A program made the translations under genes and the position numbers. A DNA stretch of 62,793 nucleotides, the filler included, from Chiloscyllium plagiosum (taxonomy: Eukaryota): assembly GCF_004010195.1 (NCBI RefSeq). It is 6 parts of 2 records of this genome, joined end to end, with 100 filler letters (N's around TTAATTAATTAA, not from the genome) between each part and the next. Parts side by side here need not be neighbours in the genome. Positions count along the whole stretch, not along the records: positions 31,292 to 50,706 come from NC_057710.1; positions 50,807 to 56,025 come from NC_057710.1; 4 more parts are not named here. One strand, written 5' to 3'. The notes below the pieces were generated by a model, which was not told the DNA's origin, did no database searches, and worked only from the letters and a program-made list of their open reading frames with translations. This document shows positions 38,587 to 51,329 of this stretch, in pieces (position 1 is the first letter of the stretch; the number at the start of each line of letters is the position of its first letter).

Positions 38587-39150
38587 GATGGAGAAATTAT
38601 ATAATTTTCATATTTTTGGTGCAGTCTTCACGGTTAACATACAACAACATCCTCACTCTCTCGAACCACTAGAGATAGAAAAAGTGAAAGCTTCCCAAAC
38701 AGCTGACTATACTTATATGTTAAAAATCACACAAACCAGGTTATAGTCCAACAGGTTTATTCAGAAGCACTAGCTTTCACAGTGCTGCTCCTACATCAGG
38801 TGATTGTGGAGTATAAGATCAAAGGATCACACCTGGTGGGTGTGATTTTTAACTTTGTCCACCCCAGTCCAACACTGGCTCCTCCATATCATGGCTACAC
38901 TTATATGGGGATGGCCTTTAAATCATGGGAAGTGAAGTCATAGCAGTTTTTGGAGATACAGGAATAGAACGCCACACAGCAGCTGTAGGTTCATGGTACC
39001 ATTCGAATAACATTAAAGGCACATACTGTCCTGTGAGAGGAACAGCGAAATGCCATGGTCAGGAATACTAAGGTGTACACAATTTTGGTTCACAGTAAAT
39101 CGATGGCTACATTAAAGTTGTTTAACACAGATATATAGAAAAGTTTTGAA
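38587..39150 (+). pseudogene. Pseudo-exon, TAGT repeat 3, 3' part (interrupted by a small Penelope insertion)
   Basis: Acceptor tttcattttcttcaag. After removing 38720-38907, one frame reads ADYTYMGMAFKSW..VHGTIRI..ILVHSKSMATLKLFN versus GREB1 MHYALLGLRKW..VHNFIIL..LRVHSAGLLLCRFN. Confidence 0.6.
38720..38898. mobile_element. Short rearranged Penelope pLTR insertion
   Basis: TSD acttatatg at 38711-38719 and 38899-38907. Same family as 50550-50706. Confidence 0.75.
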
Positions 39151-39444
39151 GTGTTTTCATGTGCTGACATCCAGAGGAGTTAATTTTGAGCTGACAATAG
39201 AAATAGGGCTTCAGATGATGTTACTTCTACAGAATGGTGCAGAAAATGCATATCTAATGCACTGCCTTGATGAGATAGTCAAAATAAGATCTCCTCAGAA
39301 ATTTCTTTCAGCTGAAAGAAGTTTCTCTACACCACAGTCTATTCAATTAGCTGCTGTTCATGTGCTAAATTAACTGCAACCAGTTGTGGCCTCCACAATT
39401 AAGATAAGCTATGGAATATGAATTACAAAATTGTTATCTTGCAG

Positions 39445-39728
39445 ATCAAAGAAAAATATTTTTTTGTAGAATGATCCAGATCAATCTAGAGACATGATAA
39501 ATAGCTTCAATATGCCAAAGAATGGTGAGCTCAACAGCTATCTCAACATATGAATATATTTCATAATAGCATTGCTGGACTTGTCTGGAAAAACCAAATC
39601 CGAGCCTCCAGCCATGGCAGGAGCGGTCAGCTCTACTCACAAAAGCTACCCAAGAACTGGTGTCCTGGACGATAAAGTAATAGCTGTCAATTGCCCTAAA
39701 TAAGGCATTTGTACCAATTCCTATCTGG
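39445..39728 (+). pseudogene. Pseudo-exon, linker and start of the final C-domain-like module
   Basis: Acceptor ttgttatcttgcag and donor CTGG|gtgagt. STAISTYEYIS..CLEK versus GREB1 SAAVVPAQYIC..LLEK. Confidence 0.45.
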
Positions 39729-40629
39729 GTGAGTTTTGGCCTATATTATGGCATCGAGTAGGATAAGAGAAGATATTTTCTTCGATCATGTATATTTGCT
39801 GGCTCACATAAAACTTTTTTTTTAAACAAAGTCAGACGAAGCATCCTCAGATTTCACCAATGACAAAATGTTAATCAATGTAGTTTTACGATCTTCTTAA
39901 AAAATACATTGCATTTTCCTAATAGTATTCAGTTGAATCTTTCATTCAAGTCACTTATTTAAAAGGAACAGAAAACTGCAAATAGAATAATTCATGATGT
40001 GCTATAAAAGTATGAAGTTTTCTGCAGGAGAGTTGAAATATTTAAATTTCTCTATAATATAACTATAGTTGGTCACAAGCTTCTCTTCTCTATGGGAAAT
40101 GAAGATTCCTCAATTGATCGCATATGAATGTTTGAATTACTTTGGAAAAAGAATCAGGACGCTTTCAAACAACAACCTGCACTTATATGGTGCCGTTAGG
40201 ATATAAATACATCCCAAAGTGTTACACAGTGACGGACAGAAATAGATGCAAGTCAAAGAAAAAGAATTTGGACACCTAAAGCTTGGTCAAGATTTGGATT
40301 TTACAAAGGGGTTAAGACTTGTAGGAGGGAAGCAGGATGAATTGAGCAGGAGTATCCAGAATATGGAGCTGGATAACCAAAGGAACGATTAATAATGGGG
40401 TGCATAAAGAATTTTGACAAAAGCAGTTATATTTAAAATAAAAATATCTTCATCAGAATTCCTCTGATAAAAGGTTTGACTTGAAGCATTAGAATTATTT
40501 CTGTCTCCACAAATGCCATTTGTTCCACTATTTCCAGCATTTTTTATTTCAAGTTTTCAGCAGTGTATTTACTTCATAACAGAAGGGTAATGTAGTTGAG
40601 CAGCTGAAAAGGGCAATTTCATGAAACAT

Positions 40630-43600
40630 AACAATAGAGGAAACAGAGGCAGGGGTAGGCCATTCAGCCTACTGAGCCTGCTTCATCATTCAACTACATC
40701 CTTCACCTCAACACCATTTTCTCACACTATCCCTATATCTATTGATAGCCGATTGACTCAGACCTCTGCAGTACAGAATTTCAAAGATCCATTACTTTCT
40801 AAGAAGACATTCCTCCTCTAAATGGCCTAACTCTTACACTGAGACCATATCTCTGGTTCTGGCCCACTGAGTCCAGGGAAGTATTCTTCCTGTGTCAACC
40901 CCACTGAGTCCAAAATAATTCTGTATGCTTCAGAGAGATCACTCCAACTGTAGAGAATATAGGCGCAGTCTCCTCAAAGCACAAACCAGCATCCCAGAGA
41001 TCAGTTAATCTTCATTGCACTCCATGGCAACAGCATCTTCATCGATAAGGAGACTAAAATTGCACATGATACCCCAGCTGCAGTCACACTTAGGCTCTAT
41101 ACAATTTAGCAAGATTTACTTTCACTGGTACTCGAATTTTAGCGCAATAAAGGCCAATATAAATTTATATTCTTAGTTGCTTGGTGCACCTGCATGTTAT
41201 AGAGTCAGATACATACAGCACGGAAAGAGACTGAGTTCTCAGTGACTTCTGAACAAGGACACTCAAGTCTGTTTGGATGTCAAAACATCCCACCTTCTTA
41301 TCATTTAAGAAATATTTTCCATCTGTGTTTTTCTTACCAACATAGATAACCTCACATTCCATCTCTCTTGTTCTTGTCCTATCACCTAGCTAGATCCCCT
41401 TGAATCCTCTTTGTATCTTCCTATGACTTATATTCCCACCTAGAATTCAGTTAGAAACTTAGAAATATTACATTTAGTCCCAAAATTCAAATCAGATTAT
41501 GGACGGCTGGGTCTCAAGTATTTATTCTTACAGTATTCTCATTAGTCACAGACTGCCAGAGAATCATCTCCATCTCTGTTCATTATCCTCAAAGCCTTGA
41601 ACTATCATTTTCCTTACCAACCTCCTGCATGGGACCTTATTGAAAGACTCCTGAAAATCCAAATACACCACTAGTTGCCCCTTACTTATTTGGGTAGTTA
41701 TACTCTCAAAAAACAAGTTTGTCATACATGATTTCCCTCTCATAAATCCAAGTTGACTCTGTCCAATTCTACCATCACTTTCCAAGTATCCAGTTATTAC
41801 ATATTGGAATAATAGATATAATGCTGGGACCTATCACAGATGTCAAGATCTGACTGTAGATATTATTTCAAACTGAAAAGTCTGGAAAAATCTCAGTCGG
41901 TTAGCCATTTTGATTGGAGGAATAGAAAGTTAACTTATTATCTGAATAGGAAGTTTATTTAGATAATAAGTTGAGATCATCTATAAATTTAGAGATTATC
42001 TAAATAAGGAAGGCAAACGGAATGTTCGCATTTATTGCAAAATAGTAGGGAAGGGTTGCTGCAAATGTACAAGGCATTGGTGATTCCACACCTGGAATAT
42101 TGCATATAATTTCAGTCTCCTTACTTGAGGAAAGATGTAGTTGCATTGGAGACAGTTCTGTTGAGGTTCACCAGATTGATTCCAGAGATGAAGGGTCTGT
42201 TTTTTGGATGAGAGATTGAGCAGATTCAGCCTATACTCTCTGGAGCCTTGAAGAATGAGAGGAGATCTCATTGAAATTTAGAAGATGCTAAAGAGGATTG
42301 ACAAAGTGGATATAGAAATGATATTCCCATTATGTGGAGAAGTCTAAAACAAGAAGTCAAAGTTTTAGGATAAGGAATATGGACTTAAAACAGAGATGAG
42401 GAGAAATTACTCTCTCAAAAGATTATGAATCTGTGGAATTCATTACCCCGCAGTCTGGTGGATGCTGGGACAGTGAGTAAATTTAAGGAGGAGATATATT
42501 TTCAATTAGTAAAGCACTGAAGGGTCATGGACAGAGGCAGGAAAGTGGAGCTGAGGCCAAGATGAGATCATCCATGACTGTAACAAACGGTGGCGCAGAC
42601 TCATGGGGCTGAATTGCTACTCCTCTGTTCTGAAGAAGGGTCACTGGACTCAAAACATTAACACTAGTTTTCTCTCTACGGATGCTGCCAGATCTGCTGC
42701 ATTTCTCCAACAATTTCAGTTTTTGTGCCTACTCCTGCTCGCTTTTATGTCAGACAGCCTCTCGAGATAGAAACAAAGTTAACATTTCAGGTAAATGATC
42801 TTTAACCAGAAGAGTTGAACAGATCAACAGTTCCCTATTCTCTGTCTCCATCCTCCCTTAAATAATGGAGTTATGTCTGCTACATTTCAATATCTACAAT
42901 CTATAGAATTTTGTAAGGTGACTATCAACATATCTACCATTGTTAGTGCCACCTCTTCCAACACTCTGGGATGTAAAGAATCTGGTCTGGGTGATTTAAC
43001 AACTGAGCATGCCAATTCGTTTGTTCAGAATTACATTTTTACTAATATCACTTCATTTCAGTTTTTTCTTGCTGCTATTCCTTCAGTTCTTTTGTATTCC
43101 TGGGAGTTATTTTTATACCTTCCTTCATGAAGACATACAAAGTAATCATTTAGTTTCTCTATTTCCTTATTTCCTGTTATAATTGATCTGACTGTAGTTG
43201 GCCCATGTGTGCATTTGTTAATCTTTTCCTTTTTATATAACTCTGGAAACTTAGTCGTAAAGTCATACAATATAGAAACAGGTCCTTCAGTCTGCCATGT
43301 CTATGCTGATCAACAAACACCAAACTACACTAATCCCATTTACCTGCACTTAGTCCAGAGTCTACTGTGCCCCAGCATTCTCTCAATCAGTGGTGTGTTC
43401 TATTTTTCTACCATTCTCTGGGTGAATTTTGTTTTCCCACATCTCCTCTAAACCTCTTGCTCCTCACCTTAACATTATGCCCATTGATCTTAGACACATT
43501 TGCCAAGAAGAGATTCTCACAATTCATTCTGTTTATGCCTCTCATAATTTTGTACACATCAATCAGATTACCCCTCAGCCTCCTGTGCTCCAAGGAAAAC

Positions 43601-45620
43601 AAACTCAGCTCATCAAGTCTGTCCTCATAACTCTGGTAAATCTTCTCTGCACCCTTTCCAGTGCAATCATGTCTTTCCGATAGTGTGGTAACCAGAACTG
43701 CACTCAGTATTCCGTCTGTGACCTAACCAATGCCTTTTAAACTTGTAACAAGACTTCTTTGCTCTTATATTGGACTCGATGGGCCGAATGGCCTTACTTC
43801 CGCTCCTATGTCTTATGGTATATTCTACATCCTGGCTAATGAAGGCAAGCTTCTCACATGCCTTGTTCACTACTCTGTGTGCCTGCACTGATACTTGTGC
43901 ACCAAGGGTAAGTTATTTCCCAATAATCGCAAGGGACCCACCATTCATTGTGTATATCCTTCCTTTATTACAGCTCCCAAAATGCATCTCCTTGCACTTG
44001 TTGGGATTAAATTCCACCTGGCATTGTTCTGCCTAATTTACCAGATATCAATATCCCAATTTTAGTGTTATTTGCAAACTTATGAATTAAGCCTTTCTCA
44101 ATCATATCTAAGTTATTAATGTACATAACTACATCAAGAGTCTCGGCACTGATACCCGGTGGTACACCACTGGTCACAGGCTTCTACTTTTAAAAAAAAA
44201 CCCTCCACCATCACCCTTTGCCTCCTATTTATAAGACAATTTTGGATCCAGTTTGCCAACTTGCCTTGGATTTCATGGGCTCTCATATTTTGGACCAACC
44301 TGCCAAATGGGACTTTGTCAAAGGCCCATCTAAAGTCTATGCAAATCACATCAACTGCAAGATCTTCATCAATACATTTAGTTACATTTTTCAAAAAACT
44401 CAACTGAATTAGTCAGACAGGATCTCTCCCTAACAAATCTGTGTTTACAATTCTTGCCTATGTAGTGATTAAGTACTGAGGAACAGGAATTTTTTCCAAC
44501 AATTTTCCTATCACTAATGTCAGACTAATTAGTCTGTAATTATCCAGCCTATCCCTGCTGCCCTTCTTGAACAAAGGAACCACATTAGCTACCAATTCCC
44601 TCGAGCTGTTCTGGGAGAGGTGGGCACTGCAGAGAATGAAGTGTCTTATTTCCCCCTCCAACTCTATTTTGATTTAATCCCTACCCTTCCCTTCAGTTTT
44701 TTGATCACTCAGCATTGCCCTTTGATGAGAAAGGCATGGCTTCTCACTGGTCACCCTGGTGTTTCATTTCTTCCTGGTGGTGTAAAATGAATAAAGATTT
44801 GTACAGCTGTTGTCTTTCACTGTGTCTCACATCTGCACACACACAATATGAGTGCTGGGGAAAATATAAGCACTACCGCAGCCAGGCAGTAGTGTGAGGG
44901 GTAAAGAAAGAGATATAACCAGAAAAAAATATATAACCAGGAGATTTAGAGCCTCCTCAGTTTAAGGGACTGACTCTGTGCTGGCTGAAAAAAAAAGAAA
45001 AGGAACCACATTAGCTATCCACCAGTCATCTGGTACTTAGCCGGTGACCCGTGAAGTACTAAATATATCCGCCGGGCCCTCAGCAATCTCCTCTCTTGCC
45101 TCCATTAGGAGCTTGGGATACATTTAATCAGGTCCTCAGCTTTTATATACACGAATGCTCACTAAAACATCTAAGATCTCCTCCTTAGTAATCCTAATAA
45201 GTTCTAGAGCCTCACCATCTCAACAGATACCCCTGGCTACCATGTCTTTCTTCTCTGTGAGGTTGTATGTATTCATTTAGGTGGTAAAAACTGTATTCAT
45301 TTAGGACCTCACTCAGATCCATTGGCTCCTTACACAGGTCTTTCTCTGGTTTTCCTCTTACTCTTAATGTACTGATAAAAACCTTTAGGGTTTTCCTTGA
45401 TCCCATCTGCCAAAGATATTTCATGGCCTGTCTTTGCCCTCACGATTTCCTTTTTAAGTAACCTCTTCCATTCTATAATTTTGAAGGGCCTCTCGTGTTT
45501 TAATGGGCTGTTTCGGACTTATGCTTCCCCTTTTTATTTGTTAAATTCTCAGTATCCGTTGACATTCAGGATTCCCTGGACTTGCTGCCCTTGGCCTTCT
45601 TCTTAGAGTAACATGCCAGT
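40630..45620 (-). mobile_element. Cluster of old CR1 fragments (mostly minus; + copy at about 42010-42625)
   Basis: Multiple ORF2 motifs (YLDFQESFNKVP, IDFRWAFDKVP, LRGNLIDVYKIM, ANVVPLFKKG). Confidence 0.8.
44592..44998 (+). mobile_element. Tx1-like LINE 3' end with extra 3' sequence, 19-bp TSD
   Basis: TSD aaaggaaccacattagcta at 44573-44591 and 44999-45017. FWERWA-coding ORF end, AATAAA, stem-loop and A-tails. Confidence 0.65.
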
Positions 45621-47149
45621 TTAGTTCACTTACATATTCTATTTTCTCTTTCTTTATCAGTTCTTGGTCCTCCTCTTTGGAATTCTAAAATGCTCTCAAT
45701 TTCCAGGTTTATAACTTTTTTGATAAGTTAAAAACACTTCCTTTGAATTAATGTGGTCATTAGCTTTTTTATTCTGGCATGGTAGAATTACCTGTTTGCT
45801 AAGATTTTGTGCCTCAAAAGGAATGTAAATTTGTTTTAAACCATATATTGATTCTTTCAGCACTAACTCATGCCAGTCTACCATCATAACTTTTAAAGCA
45901 ATACTCTAATCAACCATAGTCAATTTGTTCCTTATACCTTCGTTGTTTTCCTTTGTTTCAGTTGAAAACCTAGAAAAATTGAACCTTAATTAAATTATGC
46001 TTTTAGAATAAGTTAATTAATATAATAAACAGAATCTAGAAATGCTAAAATCTCTTGGTTTAGGTTTCCATTTTGACATCCCTAAGTTGTAGATTGGAGT
46101 CTTGTATGCACATTTATGAAAATGTTTAGAAATGACCCGGAGATTACTCTCAACCTAACAAATTAAAAGGCTGATCTAGAGTTTGATGACGGAGGGGACC
46201 AACTTACCACATTGGGATTTGTCCTGTATGAGTTGGTTAAAAGGGGTTAAATCCACAAGTCACATTGTGCGAACTACCACCCACTGGTATGAAAATATAT
46301 TAACATGCCCAAGGCATTAGAAATTCTGCTTTCATCAGATGGAAAATGGCTGAGGAGGGGGAAGACCCAAAGATGATTTCCCTATGACTTCAGCTAGAGC
46401 AACATGCTGTCTCCACTGGCTATGGAGATCAACACAGAATCATAGAGTCCTTACAGTGCAGAATGAGGTCATTCAGCCCATTGAGTCACTGACTCTCCAA
46501 AGAGCAACTAACCCAGACCTAGCCCCCTATTCCATCTCCATAACCCGAATTAACCATAGCTAATTTAACTAACCGGCTATTTACAGGCTACTGTACACCT
46601 GGGCAAGGATAGGCAATCCAATGTCACCCCTCATCAGCAGTGTAATGGTCTAGCAGCCAAAATGCTACACTGCCAACTGCACCTCAAGGCTGACACTCCT
46701 TGCCTATAGAATCCCATTCTCTCACCCTAGTCGTACATAAACTCCATACTACAAAGTTTATCAATCTTTGGTTACATCAGACCTGAAGTCCCTCTCGGAG
46801 ACCCCGAGACCTTCTCCCCCCAATGCCCAGTGATGATCTGCATCTTGTCATTGTTCAGTAGGAGAATATCACATACAGGAAAGCATCTGGATGAATTCAA
46901 ACATGAACCTTTATTGACAGTCAGCAATAGCAGAGCTCAAAAGAAACAAGTACAAAGTGCAGTTTGCACCCTCAATGTGAACCAAATGTGATATTGATCT
47001 TGACAGTCCATGATGGTCTTCTACTGGAGTGGGTATCAATCAGGCTTTATCTGCTTGTAAGGACGACTGCAGCCAAGCTCTGTAATTCGTACAGAGAGCT
47101 TCTGCCTCCCCACAATTCTCATTTTCCTCCTTGGAAGAGTGCTCCTGCT

Positions 47150-47420
47150 TCCCCAGTTCCTCAGCATCTATCAAATCAACCCAATGCCTGCTCCAATTGT
47201 GCAGAACACAGGATGTCAGGATGGTGTAATACTCAGAATCTACCAGAGAGCTCCTACAGGGCCAAGCTGTAGAAATGGACCTTCAACAGGTCTACTGCCT
47301 ATCCCAACATGGTCCTGATCACAGCATGTGCACCAACTTAGTGAAAGTGCCAAACTGGCACATATGTTTTGCCATTGATAACATGCATAAGTGAATTTCT
47401 GCTCTGGTCTAACCACTTCC
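47150..47420 (-). mobile_element. Harbinger transposase C-terminal relic
   Basis: AHAVIRTMLG*AVDLLKVHF..SCVLHNW versus HARBI1-like H..TR..IE..IGLLK.RF..CC.LHN. Confidence 0.6.
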
Positions 47421-47589
47421 CATCTCAGATCCACCTTAACCATTCTACTCTCCATTGTATTCGTTAGAGTCCATAGATGATTTACGACGCAGCAAAATTC
47501 CCTTCATCCCACAACACCTTTGGACATTCCACAAGTGATGGGCGCTTTTGGCCACATTCACCTCCTTTTCAGTTATTGTCATTAACTCC

Positions 47590-50440
47590 TACATTACCAA
47601 CAGCATGGTGTAATTCTCATTTGAGCAACAAATATGTGGACAGATTATGTAAAGACTTAGGAGCAACAGGGCAGTGGTGATGAGAGATTTTAATTTTCCC
47701 AATATTGACCGAGATTCATTTAGGATAGGAGGCTTAGACGGAGCTGAATTTGTAAGGAGCACCAACATGGGTTTTATAGAGCAGCATGTAAATAGTCCAA
47801 CTTGGGAAGGAGCCATACTGAACCCTGGAGTTGGAGAATGAGCCTGGCCAGGTAGTCAAAGTTTCAGTAGAGGATTACTTTGGGAATAGTGACAATTCCG
47901 TAAGTTTTAGAATACTCACGGACGAAGACAAGAGTGGTCCTAAAGGAAGAGTACTAAATTGGGCAAGGTTAACTCTGGCAAGATTCAGCAGGAGCTGGGG
48001 AATGTGGATTGGGACCAGCTGTTTGAAGGTAAATCCACATATGATATGATTAGATTAGATTAGATTAGATTAGATTACAGTGTGGAAACAGGCCCTTCGG
48101 CCCAACAAGTCCACACCGCCCCGCCGAAGCGAAACCCACCCATACCCCTACGTTTACCCCTTACCTAACACTACAGGTAATTTAGTATGGCCAATTCACC
48201 TGACCCTGCACATCTTTGGATTGTGGGAGGAAACCGGAGCACCCGGAGGAAACCCACACAGACACGGGGAGAACGTGCAAACTCCACACAGTCAGTCGCC
48301 AGAGGCGGGAATTGAACCCGGGTCTCTGGCGCTGTGAGGCAGCAGTGCTAACCACTGTACCACCGTGTATGTGGAAAGCTTTTAAAGAGCCGTTGATTAG
48401 AGTGCAGAACGTCCTTTGAAAATGAGGGATAGAAATGGCAAGATGAGGAAACCATGGATGACAGGTAAAGTTGTGATGAAAAAGGAAGCATACATAAAGT
48501 CTAGGCGACTGAAAACAGATGAAGCTTTGGAAGAATATTGGGAAAGTAGGACCAATCTGACATGACGAATTAAGAGGGCGAAAAGGAGCCATGAAATATC
48601 TTTAGTAAACAAGGTTAAGGAAAATCCCAAAGTCTTTTATTCGTATTTAAGGAGCAAGAGGGTAAATAGAGAGAGTCGGCCCACTCAAGGACAAAGGAGG
48701 AAAGTTATGCGTGGAGTCAAAGAAAATGAGTGAGGTTCTTAATGAGTACTTTGTGTCAGTATTCACCGAAGAGGGGGACATGACGGATGTCAAGATTAGA
48801 AATTGACGTTTGATTACTCAGTCAAGTTGGCATAAGGAGGGAGGAAGTGTTGGATATTCTAAAAGGCATTAAGGTGGACAAGTCCACAGGTCCAGATGGG
48901 ATCTATCACAGGTTGCTGAGGGAAGCAAGAGAGGAAACAGCTGGGGCCTTAACAGATATTTTTGCAGCATCCTTGAACACTGGTAAGGTCTTGGATAACT
49001 GCAGAAATGCTAATGTTGTCTCCTTGTTTAAGAAGGGTAGCAAGGATAATCCAGGTAATTATACCGGTGAGCCTGATGTCACTGGTAGGGAAGCTGCTGG
49101 AGAAGATACTAAGGGATAGGATCTAGTACATTTGGAAGAAAACAGGCTTATCAGTGATACGCAGCATGGTTTTGTTAGGGAAGGTGATGTCTTACCAACC
49201 TAATAGAATTCTTTGAGGAAGTGACAAAGTTGATTGATGAGGGAAGGGCTATAGATGTCATATACATGGAGTAAGGTGTTTGATAAGGTTCCCCATGGTA
49301 GGTTGATGGAGGAAGTGAAGTCACATGGGGTCCAGGGCATACCAGCTAGACGGATAGAGAACTGACTGGGCAACAGGAGACAGAAAGTAGTAGTGAAAGG
49401 GAGTTTCTCAAAATGGAGAACTGAGACCAATGGTGTTCCATAGAGACCAATGTTGGGACCACTGTTGTTTGTGATATACATAAATGATCTGGAGGAAGTT
49501 ATAGGTAGTCTGATTAACAAGTTTGCAGATGACACTAAAATTGGTGGAGTTGCAGATAGTGAAGGGGACTGTCACAAAATGCAGAATATAGATAGATTGG
49601 ACAGTTGGGCAGAGAAATAGCAGCTGGAGTTCAATCCGGGCAAATGTGAGGTGATGCATTTTGGAAGATCCAATTCAAAAGCGAACTATACTGTAAATGA
49701 AAAAGCCAGAGTGAAAATTGACGCACAGAGGGATGTGTGTGTTCAGGTCCATTGTACCCTGAAGGTAGCAATGCAGATCAATAGATTGATCAAGAAAGTG
49801 TACTGTACGCTTTCCTTCATCGAACGGGGTATTGAGTATAAGAGTTGGCAGGTCATGTTACAGTTGTATGGGACTTTGGTTTAGCCACATTTGGAATACT
49901 GCATACAGTTCTGGTCGCCACATGACCAAAAGGATGTGGATGCTTTGGAGAGGATGCAGAGGAGGTTCACGAGGATGTTGCTTGGTATGGATGGTGCTAG
50001 CTATCAAGAGAGGTTGAGTAGATTCGGATTATTTTCATTAGAAAGACAGAGGTTAAGGGGGAACCTGATTGAGGTCTACAAAATCATGACAGGTATAGAC
50101 AGGATGGATAGCAAGAAGCTTTTTCCAAGAATGGGGGGGCGGGATCTCATTACTGGGGGTCACGATTTCAAGGTGAGGGGGAAACGTTTAAGGGAGATAT
50201 GCATGGCAAGTTCTTTACGCAGAGGGTGGTGGATGCCTGGAACAGCAGTGCCAGCAGCGGTGTTAGACCCTGGCACGATAGTGTCATTTAAGATTTATCT
50301 AGACAGATACATAAAGGGTAGCGAGCTGAGGGATACAGATCCTTGGAAAATAAGCGAGAGGTTTAGATAGAGGATCTAAATTGGCTCAGGTTTGGAGGGC
50401 TGAAGGGCCTGTTTCTGTGCTGTAATTTTCTTTGTTCTTT
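47590..50440 (+). mobile_element. CR1 LINE (same subfamily as 16933), interrupted by a SINE
   Basis: Colinear similarity to 17360-19930 and disrupted ORF2. Confidence 0.9.
48048..48366 (-). mobile_element. V-SINE (HE1-like), young copy
   Basis: (attag)n tail and intact CpG-rich body. Confidence 0.9.
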
Positions 50441-50549
50441 GTATTTGATACATAGGGTGTTCACTCAGCATGCACTGCATTTGTGTAAAGAAAATGTCAA
50501 CAAGTGAAACATAGCTACAGTTTTCAAACATGATTTGGGGATGCCGGTA

Positions 50550-50950
50550 TTGAACTGGGGTGTACAAAGTTAAAAATCACAACACCAGGTTATAGTCCAA
50601 CAGGTTTAATTGGAAGCACACTAGCTATCGGAGCAACGCTCCTTCATCAGGTGATTGTGGAGGGCTCGATCGTAACACAGAATTTATAGCAAAAATTTGC
50701 AATGTGNNNNNNNNNNNNNNNNNNNNNNNNNNNNNNNNNNNNNNNNNNNNTTAATTAATTAANNNNNNNNNNNNNNNNNNNNNNNNNNNNNNNNNNNNNN
50801 NNNNNNCACCCTCCTCTAGCTTATCTCTCCACGCTTCAGGCTCTCTGCCTTTATTCCTGATGAAGGGCTTTTGCCCGAAACGTCGATTTTGCTGCTCGTC
50901 GGATGCTGCCTGAATTGCTGTGCTCTTCCAGCACCACAGATCCAGAAACT
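50550..50950. mobile_element. Two Penelope pLTR fragments flanking an assembly spacer
   Basis: Minus copy 50550-50706 and plus copy 50807-50950, both with hammerhead cores. Confidence 0.8.
50850..50890 (+). ncRNA. Minimal type I hammerhead ribozyme motif (best-preserved copy)
   Basis: CTGATGA(50857)-AGGGC-TTTT-GCCC-GAAA-CGTC: intact core, helix II, palindromic minimal helix III and GUC cleavage triplet. Helix I is weak. Confidence 0.7.
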
Positions 50951-51329
50951 ACTTAATCTTTATCTTATATTTTAACTTATTCCTTCAGTCTGCTGCAACC
51001 AATCCTATCTCAATGCTTTTGTGATTATCTGTATTTACGTCGATTTTGCTGCTCCTCGGATGCTGCCTGAATTGCTGTGCTCTTCCAGCACCACAGATCC
51101 AGAAACTACTTAATCTTTGTCTTATATTTTAACTTATCCTTTCAGTCTGCTGCAACCAATCCTATCTCAATGCTTTTGTGATTATCTGTATTTACCTTTA
51201 CAATACTAGGTTCATACTCAAGTTTCTGATCGTCAAATTGCATATGAGATTCTATTACGTTAAGCTCATTCTTACCAAGGGATTCCTTTACAATGAAGTC
51301 ATGAATTCACTCTGTCTCATTAAAAAGTT

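Noticed and set aside
38690..38930. LTILIWGWP resembling an alpha-1,3-fucosyltransferase N-terminus
   Set aside because: No downstream fucosyltransferase motifs. Another frame gives a longer colinear TAGT-like match.
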